DNA of 55,753 bases from Bacillales bacterium (lineage in GTDB: Bacteria > Bacillota > Bacilli > Bacillales > DSM-4216), in the NCBI GenBank assembly GCA_014896555.1, contig JADBKC010000001.1:1-55753 (forward strand), in the 5' to 3' direction. A model generated the notes under the pieces. That model made no database searches. It was given only the letters and a program-made list of their open reading frames with translations, and had not been told where the DNA came from. Both the position numbers and the translations under genes were made by a program. Shown in pieces: positions 47,063-55,753 of the stretch (positions are counted from its first letter, which is position 1; every line of letters begins with the position of its first letter).

Positions 47063-47941
47063 ATGAGTGATTATTTAATAAAAGCTCTAGCTTTTGATGG
47101 CAAAGTTCGTGCTTACGCTGCCAATACAACAAACACAGTCGGAGAAGCACAAAGAAGACATTACACATGGCCTACAGCATCGGCGGCATTGGGGCGTACA
47201 ATGACAGCTGGAGTCATGATGGGTTCCATGATGAAAGGAAACGCCAAAGTAACCATTAAAGTGGATGGCGGAGGCCCCATCGGGATTATTTTAGTAGACA
47301 GTGATGCGAAAGGAAACGTCCGCGGCTATGTTACAAATCCCCAAACCCATTTTGATTTAAACGAGCATGGAAAACTCGATGTTCGCCGTTCTGTTGGGAC
47401 ATCAGGAACGCTTACGGTTGTGAAAGATCTTGGATTAAGAGAAAATTTTTCCGGACAAGTTCCGATTGTGTCCGGTGAACTTGGCGAAGATTTTACTTAT
47501 TATTTTGCTTCCTCTGAACAAATCCCTTCTTCTGTAGGCGTGGGAGTGTTGGTCAATCCTGACAATTCGATTCTGGCTGCTGGCGGATTTATCATTCAAT
47601 TGATGCCTAGCACCGATGATGAGACGATCGATAGGATTGAGGAACGACTCAAAACGATTCCGCCTATTTCGAAGCTTATTCAGAAAGGGCTAACTCCGGA
47701 AGAAATTTTATTTGAAATTCTTGGAGAAGATCAAGTGAAAATACTGGATAAAGTTCCTGTTCAATTTAAGTGCAATTGTTCTAAAGATCGTTTTGCGACC
47801 GCTATGATTGGGCTAGGAAAAGAGGAAATCCAAGACATGATCGATGAAGATGGACAAGCGGAAGCACAATGCCATTTTTGCAATGCTAAATATGTATTTA
47901 CAAAAGAAGAATTGGAAGCCTTGAAACAAGAGGCAAAATAA
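47063..47941 (+). CDS. hslO: Hsp33 redox chaperone
   Basis: AALGR, SEQ.PS, C.CS...C.FC zinc switch. Confidence 0.97.
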   Translation: MSDYLIKALAFDGKVRAYAANTTNTVGEAQRRHYTWPTASAALGRTMTAGVMMGSMMKGNAKVTIKVDGGGPIGIILVDSDAKGNVRGYVTNPQTHFDLNEHGKLDVRRSVGTSGTLTVVKDLGLRENFSGQVPIVSGELGEDFTYYFASSEQIPSSVGVGVLVNPDNSILAAGGFIIQLMPSTDDETIDRIEERLKTIPPISKLIQKGLTPEEILFEILGEDQVKILDKVPVQFKCNCSKDRFATAMIGLGKEEIQDMIDEDGQAEAQCHFCNAKYVFTKEELEALKQEAK

Positions 47942-48164
47942 AGACCATCCTCCATTAGGCGGGAAGATTTCCTTTCTGTGGGTGGTTGTTGCCATAATAG
48001 TGCTATGTAGGCTGTTGTTCTTTTTTGTTGAATACATAAGACGAGGATTTTGCTATTAGATAGTGTAAGTTGAGAGTTCATTTTCAAATAATATCTTTTT
48101 GTATTATTTTCATGTTGAATCCAACAGATTTTTTCGTTTTGTTGTAAATTTCAGACATTAATAT

Positions 48165-48227
48165 TTGACAATTTCAAAATTTATTGGTAAATTATTGACT
48201 ATAATACCAATAAAAATACTCGGTTTT
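48165..48227 (+). promoter_or_regulatory. cysK sigma-A promoter and CymR box
   Basis: TTGACA-N17-TAAATT (48165-48193), then AATACCAATAAAAATACTCGGTTTT just before the RBS, resembling the CymR operator at B. subtilis cysK. Confidence 0.6.
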
Positions 48228-48239
48228 GAGGTGATCTAT

Positions 48240-49169
48240 ATGGCGAAAATTGCAAATTCTATTACAGAATTGATCGGAAATACACCAATTGTTAAATTGA
48301 ACAGAATTGTCGATGCGGATTCAGCTGATGTTTATTTAAAATTAGAGTATTTCAATCCGGGCAGCAGTGTAAAAGATCGTATTGCTTTGTCCATGATCGA
48401 AGCCGCTGAAAAATCAGGAAAACTTCAACCTGGCGGAACGGTTATTGAACCTACAAGCGGAAACACTGGGATCGGACTAGCTATGGTAGCTGCGGCAAAA
48501 GGGTACCGTGCGGTTTTTGTTATGCCGGAAACGATGAGTTTGGAACGCCGGAATCTTTTGAAAGCATATGGAGCACAGCTTGTTCTTACCCCTGGTCCTG
48601 ATGGAATGAAAGGTGCCATCAAAAAAGCAGAAGAACTCGCTAAAGAAAACGGCTATCTCATGCTTCAACAATTTGAAAACCTTGCTAACCCAGAAGTTCA
48701 TCGTCGAACAACGGGGAAAGAAATTTTAGAACAATTCGGAGATGAACAACTAGACGCATTTATTGCCGGCATCGGTACGGGCGGAACCATTACGGGAACA
48801 GGCCAAGTATTGAAAGAAAAATATCCGAACATTAAAATTTATGCTGTAGAACCAGCAGATTCCCCAGTTTTATCCGGAGGAAAACCTGGTCCACATAAAA
48901 TTCAAGGAATTGGGGCAGGTTTCGTCCCGAAAGTTTTAGATACCGATGTGTATGATGAAGTGATAACGGTAACCACTGAACAAGCATTTGATTCTGCAAG
49001 AAAAGCTTCGCTAAATGAAGGGGTGCTTGGAGGCATTTCCGCAGGTGCTGCCATTTATGCGGCACTTCAAGTTGCGAAAAAGTTAGGAAAAGGCAAAAAA
49101 GTTCTAGCGATTGTTCCGGACAACGGGGAACGCTACTTAAGCACACCGCTTTATCAATTTGAAGACTAA
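48240..49169 (+). CDS. cysK: Cysteine synthase A
   Basis: [36 protein letters not shown]. Confidence 0.97.
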   Translation: MAKIANSITELIGNTPIVKLNRIVDADSADVYLKLEYFNPGSSVKDRIALSMIEAAEKSGKLQPGGTVIEPTSGNTGIGLAMVAAAKGYRAVFVMPETMSLERRNLLKAYGAQLVLTPGPDGMKGAIKKAEELAKENGYLMLQQFENLANPEVHRRTTGKEILEQFGDEQLDAFIAGIGTGGTITGTGQVLKEKYPNIKIYAVEPADSPVLSGGKPGPHKIQGIGAGFVPKVLDTDVYDEVITVTTEQAFDSARKASLNEGVLGGISAGAAIYAALQVAKKLGKGKKVLAIVPDNGERYLSTPLYQFED

Positions 49170-49177
49170 GAGATAGG

Positions 49178-49206
49178 AAAGCAAGCCGTTTTGGCTTGCT
49201 TTTTTT
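49178..49206 (+). terminator. cysK terminator
   Basis: AAAGCAAGCC-GTTTT-GGCTTGCTTTTTTT. Confidence 0.85.
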
Positions 49207-49499
49207 ATCCCTGTCTATCCTTGCAATTAATCATCTCCCTTTTCACTTAGTGGAATAACAAATTGGGCGCGAATCCTCTAGTAAGTCTGTTTATCTTCCA
49301 CGCTAAAAACCTTCCAGAGTTCATTTTTTCAACTCTACACGTATAGTAGCAATGAATAGCTTTACATTAATCTCACGCTGCTTTTGGTCCACAAAAAACT
49401 CCCGTTCCTTTTGAATCTGATTTGCCGTCGTTTTTTCAAAAAATTATGCTACAATAAGTCCAAAAGGGAAGTTTTCATGTGCTAAAGGGGATGGTTAAT

Positions 49500-50327
49500 A
49501 TGAAAATGCTTGCGGGGCGTTTTCAGTTCGATTTTGATAAAAAAACGTATATTATGGGGATTTTAAATGTGACCCCTGATTCTTTTTCTGATGGCGGCAA
49601 ATTTTATTCGGTAGATAATGCAGTATCTCATGCTATTGAGATGATACAAGATGGAGCCGGGATCATTGATATAGGAGGAGAATCTACACGTCCAGGCCAT
49701 GAGTCTGTTTCGGTAGAGGAAGAATTACGAAGAGTGATTCCGGTCATTAAAGAAGTATCAAAACGCGCGGATGCACCAATCTCTATTGATACATTTAAGG
49801 CGAAGTCGGCGGCGGAAGCGATTGAAGCTGGTGCCGATATTATCAATGATGTTTGGGGAGCTAAAAAAGACCCGGAAATTGCGGATGTGGCCGTGGAAAA
49901 AGAGGTACCGATCATTCTGATGCATAACCGTCCTAATATGGATTATGGAAATTTTGTAAGAGATGTTTTATATGATTTGTATGAAAGCATTGAAATAGCA
50001 AAAAAAGCGGGCGTTCCCGACGATAAAATCATTTTGGATCCGGGCATTGGATTTGCAAAAGATCGAGATCAAGATATGCTGTTGATGCAAAATCTTGATA
50101 AAATTGTGGCTCTTGGATATCCTGTACTTTTAGCTACTTCTAGGAAAAGAGTGATCGGACATGTGCTCGACCTTCCAGTAGAAGAAAGGATGGAAGGGAC
50201 AGGCGCTACTTGTTTATTCGGTATGCAAAAAGGATGCCATATCGTACGTGTACATGATGTAAAACCGATCAGCCGCATGGTGAAAATGATGGATGCACTA
50301 ATGGGAAAAGGTGAGAGGATTGGATAA
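49500..50327 (+). CDS. folP: Dihydropteroate synthase
   Basis: MGILNVTPDSFSDGG, GGESTRPG, DPGIGF, SRK, RVHDV. Confidence 0.97.
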   Translation: MKMLAGRFQFDFDKKTYIMGILNVTPDSFSDGGKFYSVDNAVSHAIEMIQDGAGIIDIGGESTRPGHESVSVEEELRRVIPVIKEVSKRADAPISIDTFKAKSAAEAIEAGADIINDVWGAKKDPEIADVAVEKEVPIILMHNRPNMDYGNFVRDVLYDLYESIEIAKKAGVPDDKIILDPGIGFAKDRDQDMLLMQNLDKIVALGYPVLLATSRKRVIGHVLDLPVEERMEGTGATCLFGMQKGCHIVRVHDVKPISRMVKMMDALMGKGERIG

Positions 50328-50691
50328 AGTGATATTAAATGGGATGGAATTTTACGCCTATCACGGTGTCTATCCCGAAGAAAACCGGCTTGGACAACGG
50401 TTTAAAGTTGATGCAGAATTACAGTTGTCTTTAAAAAAAGCGGGAGAAACAGATGATTTAACTCAATCTGTAAACTATGCGGAAGTTTATACGATTTGTA
50501 AGGAGATCATGGAGAAACGGACTTTTCAATTAGTAGAAACGGTGGCGGAGACAATCGCTAAACAAATATTAGAAAAATTTCCGAATGTAAATGAATGCAC
50601 CATTAAGGTGGTGAAACCCAATCCTCCCATCCCAGGCCATTACAATTATGTAGCGGTAGAGATTACTAGAGGCAGGGAAAATCATGAGTAA
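50320..50691 (+). CDS. folB: Dihydroneopterin aldolase
   Basis: FYAYHGV..EE..LGQRF, SVNYA, LVET.A, KPNPPI. Confidence 0.95.
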   Translation: MDKVILNGMEFYAYHGVYPEENRLGQRFKVDAELQLSLKKAGETDDLTQSVNYAEVYTICKEIMEKRTFQLVETVAETIAKQILEKFPNVNECTIKVVKPNPPIPGHYNYVAVEITRGRENHE

Positions 50692-51211
50692 TATTGCCTA
50701 TTTGTCGCTTGGTTCAAATCTTGGCGATCGGATGCATTATTTGAAAAATGCCATTCAAGCATTGGATGGACATCCGAATATAAAAGTTCTGGCTGCTTCT
50801 TCCGTTTATGAAACCGATCCAGTCGGATATACTGATCAAGGAAAATTTTTGAATATGGCGGTCAAAATTGAAACCTCGCTTGTTGCTCAAGAATTGCTGG
50901 AAACTTGCCTAGAAATTGAAAAGTCGCTTGGACGAGTAAGAGAAATTAAGTGGGGGCCAAGAACGATTGATCTTGACATTCTGCTATATAATAATGAAAA
51001 TATTGAAACAGATCGTCTTGTCATACCGCACCCACGAATGAACGAAAGATTGTTTGTACTTATTCCAATTTTAGAAATCGATCCTTTTTTAAAGATTCCG
51101 ACAATCGATAAACCTTTAATTGACCTATTTGAACAAATTCCAAACAAAGAAGGGGTACGGTTATGGAAACAGATAAATGGGGAAGACGTATACGCGCTTT
51201 TCGGAAGCTAA
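50684..51211 (+). CDS. folK: 6-hydroxymethyl-7,8-dihydropterin pyrophosphokinase
   Basis: LGSNLG, YET.P, WGPRTIDLDIL, IPHP. Confidence 0.97.
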   Translation: MSNIAYLSLGSNLGDRMHYLKNAIQALDGHPNIKVLAASSVYETDPVGYTDQGKFLNMAVKIETSLVAQELLETCLEIEKSLGRVREIKWGPRTIDLDILLYNNENIETDRLVIPHPRMNERLFVLIPILEIDPFLKIPTIDKPLIDLFEQIPNKEGVRLWKQINGEDVYALFGS

Positions 51212-51369
51212 AGGGATATACTCAAGAGGGATTGGCGAATGAATTGGGAATTTCCGTTTCCGTTTTAGGAGAGATTGAAAGAGGAAACCGCTTGCCGACA
51301 GAGGATTTTTTAAGGCAAGTGGCCGAATGTCTGCAAATTTCAATGGAAGAGCTTAACCCTTCCGACTAA
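51163..51369 (+). CDS. yazB: XRE-family HTH protein YazB
   Basis: WGRRIRAFRKLKGYTQE...ISVSVLGEIERGNR; overlaps folK as in B. subtilis. Confidence 0.9.
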   Translation: METDKWGRRIRAFRKLKGYTQEGLANELGISVSVLGEIERGNRLPTEDFLRQVAECLQISMEELNPSD

Positions 51370-51394
51370 ATTAACGTAAAAGGGGATAGAGCAT

Positions 51395-52390
51395 ATGCTT
51401 AAGATAGGGAATATTGAAATGAAAAACTCAGTTGTTCTTGCGCCGATGGCTGGCGTTTGCAACTCGGCTTTTCGATTAACAGTGAAAGAGTTTGGTGCAG
51501 GGCTTGTTTATGCGGAAATGGTGAGCGACAAAGGAATTATTTTCAAAAATGAAAAAACAATGAACATGCTCTATATAGATGAACGCGAAAAGCCCCTCAG
51601 CTTGCAGATTTTTGGCGGAGAAAGAGAATCCCTTGTAGAAGCCGCCAAATTTGTTGATAAAAATACAAATGCGGATATTATTGATATCAATATGGGATGT
51701 CCTGTACCTAAAATTACGAAATGCGATGCTGGGGCAAAGTGGCTGCTCGACCCCAATAAAATTTATGAAATGGTAGCTGCTGTTGTAGATGCGGTGGAAA
51801 AGCCAGTGACCGTCAAGATGCGCATGGGTTGGGATGAGGAACATATCTATGCAGTAGAAAATGCTCAAGCAGTAGAACGCGCAGGCGGACAAGCGGTTGC
51901 GGTTCACGGAAGAACAAGAGCTCAAATGTATGAAGGCACGTCCAATTGGGATATTATCCGTGAAGTAAAACAAGCTGTCAGCATCCCTGTCATCGGAAAT
52001 GGCGATGTAAAAACACCTCAGGATGCAAAAAGAATGCTTGAAAAAGTAGGATGCGATGGGGTCATGATTGGGAGAGCCGCACTAGGAAATCCTTGGATGG
52101 TTTATCGAACTGTTAAGTATCTCGAATCTGGAGAGTTAATTGAGGAACCCACTCCGCGAGAAAAGATTGATGTCTGCATCCTTCACATGGATCGTTTAAT
52201 TGCTTTAAAAAATGAAGAAATTGCTGTTAGAGAAATGAGCAAACATGCGTCATGGTATTTAAAAGGTATTCGCGGCAACGCCAAAGTAAGAAATGCGATT
52301 AATTCCTGCACGACTCGAGATGAACTTGCCAATCTGCTGATTTCTTTTGTGGAAGAATTAGAAGAAAAACAATCTGTTCAAGCAGGGTGA
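51395..52390 (+). CDS. dusB: tRNA-dihydrouridine synthase B
   Basis: LAPMAG, DINMGCP, HGRT, GNGD, IGRAA.GNPW. Confidence 0.96.
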   Translation: MLKIGNIEMKNSVVLAPMAGVCNSAFRLTVKEFGAGLVYAEMVSDKGIIFKNEKTMNMLYIDEREKPLSLQIFGGERESLVEAAKFVDKNTNADIIDINMGCPVPKITKCDAGAKWLLDPNKIYEMVAAVVDAVEKPVTVKMRMGWDEEHIYAVENAQAVERAGGQAVAVHGRTRAQMYEGTSNWDIIREVKQAVSIPVIGNGDVKTPQDAKRMLEKVGCDGVMIGRAALGNPWMVYRTVKYLESGELIEEPTPREKIDVCILHMDRLIALKNEEIAVREMSKHASWYLKGIRGNAKVRNAINSCTTRDELANLLISFVEELEEKQSVQAG

Positions 52391-52548
52391 TTACGAAAGC
52401 TGCCAACTTATTGGCAGTTTTTTTGTAGGGAAGTTTTTCATAAACATTGCTATTTTGGACAAATAAATTATAAAATAATAGGGATGTCTATATAAAGAAG
52501 ATTTTGCATAATCATAAATGTAAAAACGTTGGGCCCATTAATAAATAA

Positions 52549-54060
<1,512 letters not shown>

Positions 54061-54069
54061 GAGGGACAT

Positions 54070-54117
54070 GGCTTCTAAAACTGCTGCTTCCAGTAGTTTT
54101 AGAAGCCGCATTTTTTT
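54070..54117 (+). terminator. lysS terminator
   Basis: GGCTTCTAAAACT...AGTTTTAGAAGCC followed by T run. Confidence 0.8.
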
Positions 54118-54210
54118 ATTAGGCTTTGTTAAATAACTGTGTTGATTTTCAATAAAAAACAAACAAACCTTCTATAACATAAGAAAAAACATTTGTTTGA
54201 AGGTTTTATA

Positions 54211-55218
54211 ATGACGTTACGAGAATGAATAGCAGAAATTAAAAAATTGAATTCGGCACAACAACATCGTTTAAAAAAATTCTTTCTTAATTCTCTTGTG
54301 CCATTTTCAGCAAGTGAATCTGTTTTTCAGGAACTAACTGAACACAAAAATAAAGATGGCTATACTTGTGTACATTGTGGTTCTAAACAAGTTGTGCGTT
54401 TTGGTAAGTAAAGGTTAAACTTGGATTAAAAGTAATTGAACGCCAACGCTACCATTGTAAAGATTGTAGAAAAACTTTTAAAGATGTTTGTTACCTCAAC
54501 CCCTCATTACCGCATTCATAAGCCTAGCAACCGGCCAGATTTCATAAATGTATGCTAGAAGGTTTTTCCCTTCGTCAATCATTAGTGCTATTCATTACGT
54601 TACCTTGTATTATTGGAGACATTCAGTATTGTTTGCATTAAAACAAAGGGATTTTGAATCATTTTCAGGGATTGTAGAGATGGTCTGAACTCCGAAAAAG
54701 GCAAAAGAAACATTGAGGGGCGTAAACTTCGCAAACGTGGAGGTTCTTCAATATTTCGTGGCATTGGCCTCGAACATGTTTGTGTTTTAATAGCAAGAGA
54801 ACGCCAAAATGCCGCATATTCAGGCGTGCTTGGCAGAGGTCGAATTGTCAAAACTTAATTAGACAAGGCTATTGGTTTTAAATTATCATCAAACAACAAT
54901 CTTTGTACAGATGATTAGAGAGCCCTTTCAGCATATGCTAAAATCAAAAGGCTGGAGCATTATCGTTTCAAGTCAGATGGAACAAAGAATAAAAGGTTGC
55001 ATCATATTCAAAATGACAATAACTATCACAGCCGATTAAAAGGCTGGATGCAACGATTTAATAGTGTAGCAGCAAAATACCTCGACCATTATTTGAGTTG
55101 GTTTCAATTCTTATATTCAGTGGGAAATAAAAGTGACCATTATTCAATAAAGAAAATGACAGGGGAATGTTGTTTATTTACTGTTAATAAAACTTATCAA
55201 TCTTTAAGAACGTACTAA
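54211..55218 (+). pseudogene. IS1595-family (ISXO2-like DDE) transposase pseudogene
   Basis: Zn ribbon CVHCGS...RQRYHCKDCRKTF; GIVEM then a break where the catalytic Asp should be; RKRGG; CTD; HIQN.NNYHSRLKGW..RF..VA.KYL..YL.WF. Several in-frame stops and frameshifts. Confidence 0.92.
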
Positions 55219-55250
55219 CAACCGAAAATGCAAAGGGGGGAATAGATACA

Positions 55251-55448
55251 ATGAACAAAAAATTTGAAATATTAATGAAAGCAACACCTTTCCTAAGCGG
55301 TCTTTTTATCTTAGTCGGCTTGATTATGGCAATATTAAGTGTATTAGACCATAATGTACAAACATTTTGTTTATCATTATTCCTCATTTTGCAATCAGTG
55401 CTTACATTAACATATACAAAGTTATTTAAAAAAATTTGGCAGAAATAA
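55251..55448 (+). CDS. Small two-TM membrane protein of unknown function (IS passenger)
   Basis: Intact 65-aa ORF with AAGGGGGG RBS, two hydrophobic segments and basic termini; lies inside the IS right end. Confidence 0.7.
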   Translation: MNKKFEILMKATPFLSGLFILVGLIMAILSVLDHNVQTFCLSLFLILQSVLTLTYTKLFKKIWQK

Positions 55449-55587
55449 GTCTTGTTTTTAAGTTGTGAAGATATTCACTGTTTACCTTACAAACCATTTC
55501 TCACTGGAACCCTGTTTTTTAAAGATTCCATTAAATTCTTAAATTATCAACATTATTCTTTAACAGAATCTTTTGTTAAAAAAGTAC

Positions 55588-55616
55588 TTGCACATTTTCT
55601 ACAAAGGTGATATATT
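55588..55616 (+). promoter_or_regulatory. rRNA operon promoter P1
   Basis: TTGCAC-N17-TATATT with TG extension and upstream A tract. Confidence 0.75.
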
Positions 55617-55672
55617 TACTTTCGTTGTCGTTACAAATAACGCACGATTACAAAAAAGTCTCAAAAAAAGTA

Positions 55673-55701
55673 TTGACGTTCTATCAAAAAAGTGATAATA
55701 T
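55673..55701 (+). promoter_or_regulatory. rRNA operon promoter P2
   Basis: TTGACG-N17-TAATAT preceded by phased A tracts, 85 bp downstream of P1. Confidence 0.8.
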
Positions 55702-55753
55702 GTGAAAGTCGCTGATTTGCGAACGAAATGAATGGATCCTTGAAAACTGAACA
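55702..55753 (+). other. Start of rRNA operon leader (16S gene lies beyond the window)
   Basis: AAGTCGC after the P2 -10 and CCTTGAAAACTGAACA, the conserved Bacillus rrn leader motif; an rrn operon follows lysS in B. subtilis. Confidence 0.75.

Larger units (their letters stand above)
54122..55570 (+). mobile_element. IS1595-family element (ISPna2-like) with passenger gene, 1449 bp, non-autonomous
   Basis: Left end GGCTTTGTTAAATAACTGTGTTGAT (54122-54146) matches the reverse complement of 55546-55570, GATTCTGTTAAAGAATAATGTTGAT, at 18/25. The 8-bp flanks TTTTATTA / TTTTGTTA match at 7/8. Encloses a transposase relic and a small ORF. Confidence 0.85.

Overview
A core chromosomal segment from the origin-proximal region of an endospore-forming Bacillaceae genome. 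It is collinear with the Bacillus subtilis csfB-tmk-holB-abrB-metG-veg-purR-spoVG-glmU-prs-ctc-mfd-spoVT-divIC-spoIIE-tilS-ftsH-cysK-fol-lysS block and ends in the tandem promoters and leader of an rRNA operon. About 55 housekeeping and sporulation genes, one elongator tRNA-Met and many textbook regulatory sites are recognisable (parS, 0A boxes, PurBoxes, CymR box, sigma A/F/G/E/K/H promoters). I see no CRISPR array, prophage or defence island, and no convincing new multi-gene system. The unusual content is in the intergenic DNA. (1) A 1449-bp IS1595-family element, with terminal inverted repeats and an 8-bp target duplication, has a dead transposase but an intact small membrane-protein passenger gene and sits directly against rRNA promoter P1. 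(2) darA/pstA (c-di-AMP receptor) has been cut down to a ~97-bp relic that keeps only its first and last codons. (3) pabB-pabA-pabC are missing from the folate operon and yacD is missing. (4) A probable HxlR-family relic lies after metG. (5) Degenerate bcr1-like repeats lie between the likely promoter and the RBS of core genes. (6) A perfect parS site is nested in the metG terminator hairpin. Gene names come from recognising motifs and synteny by eye, not from database searches.
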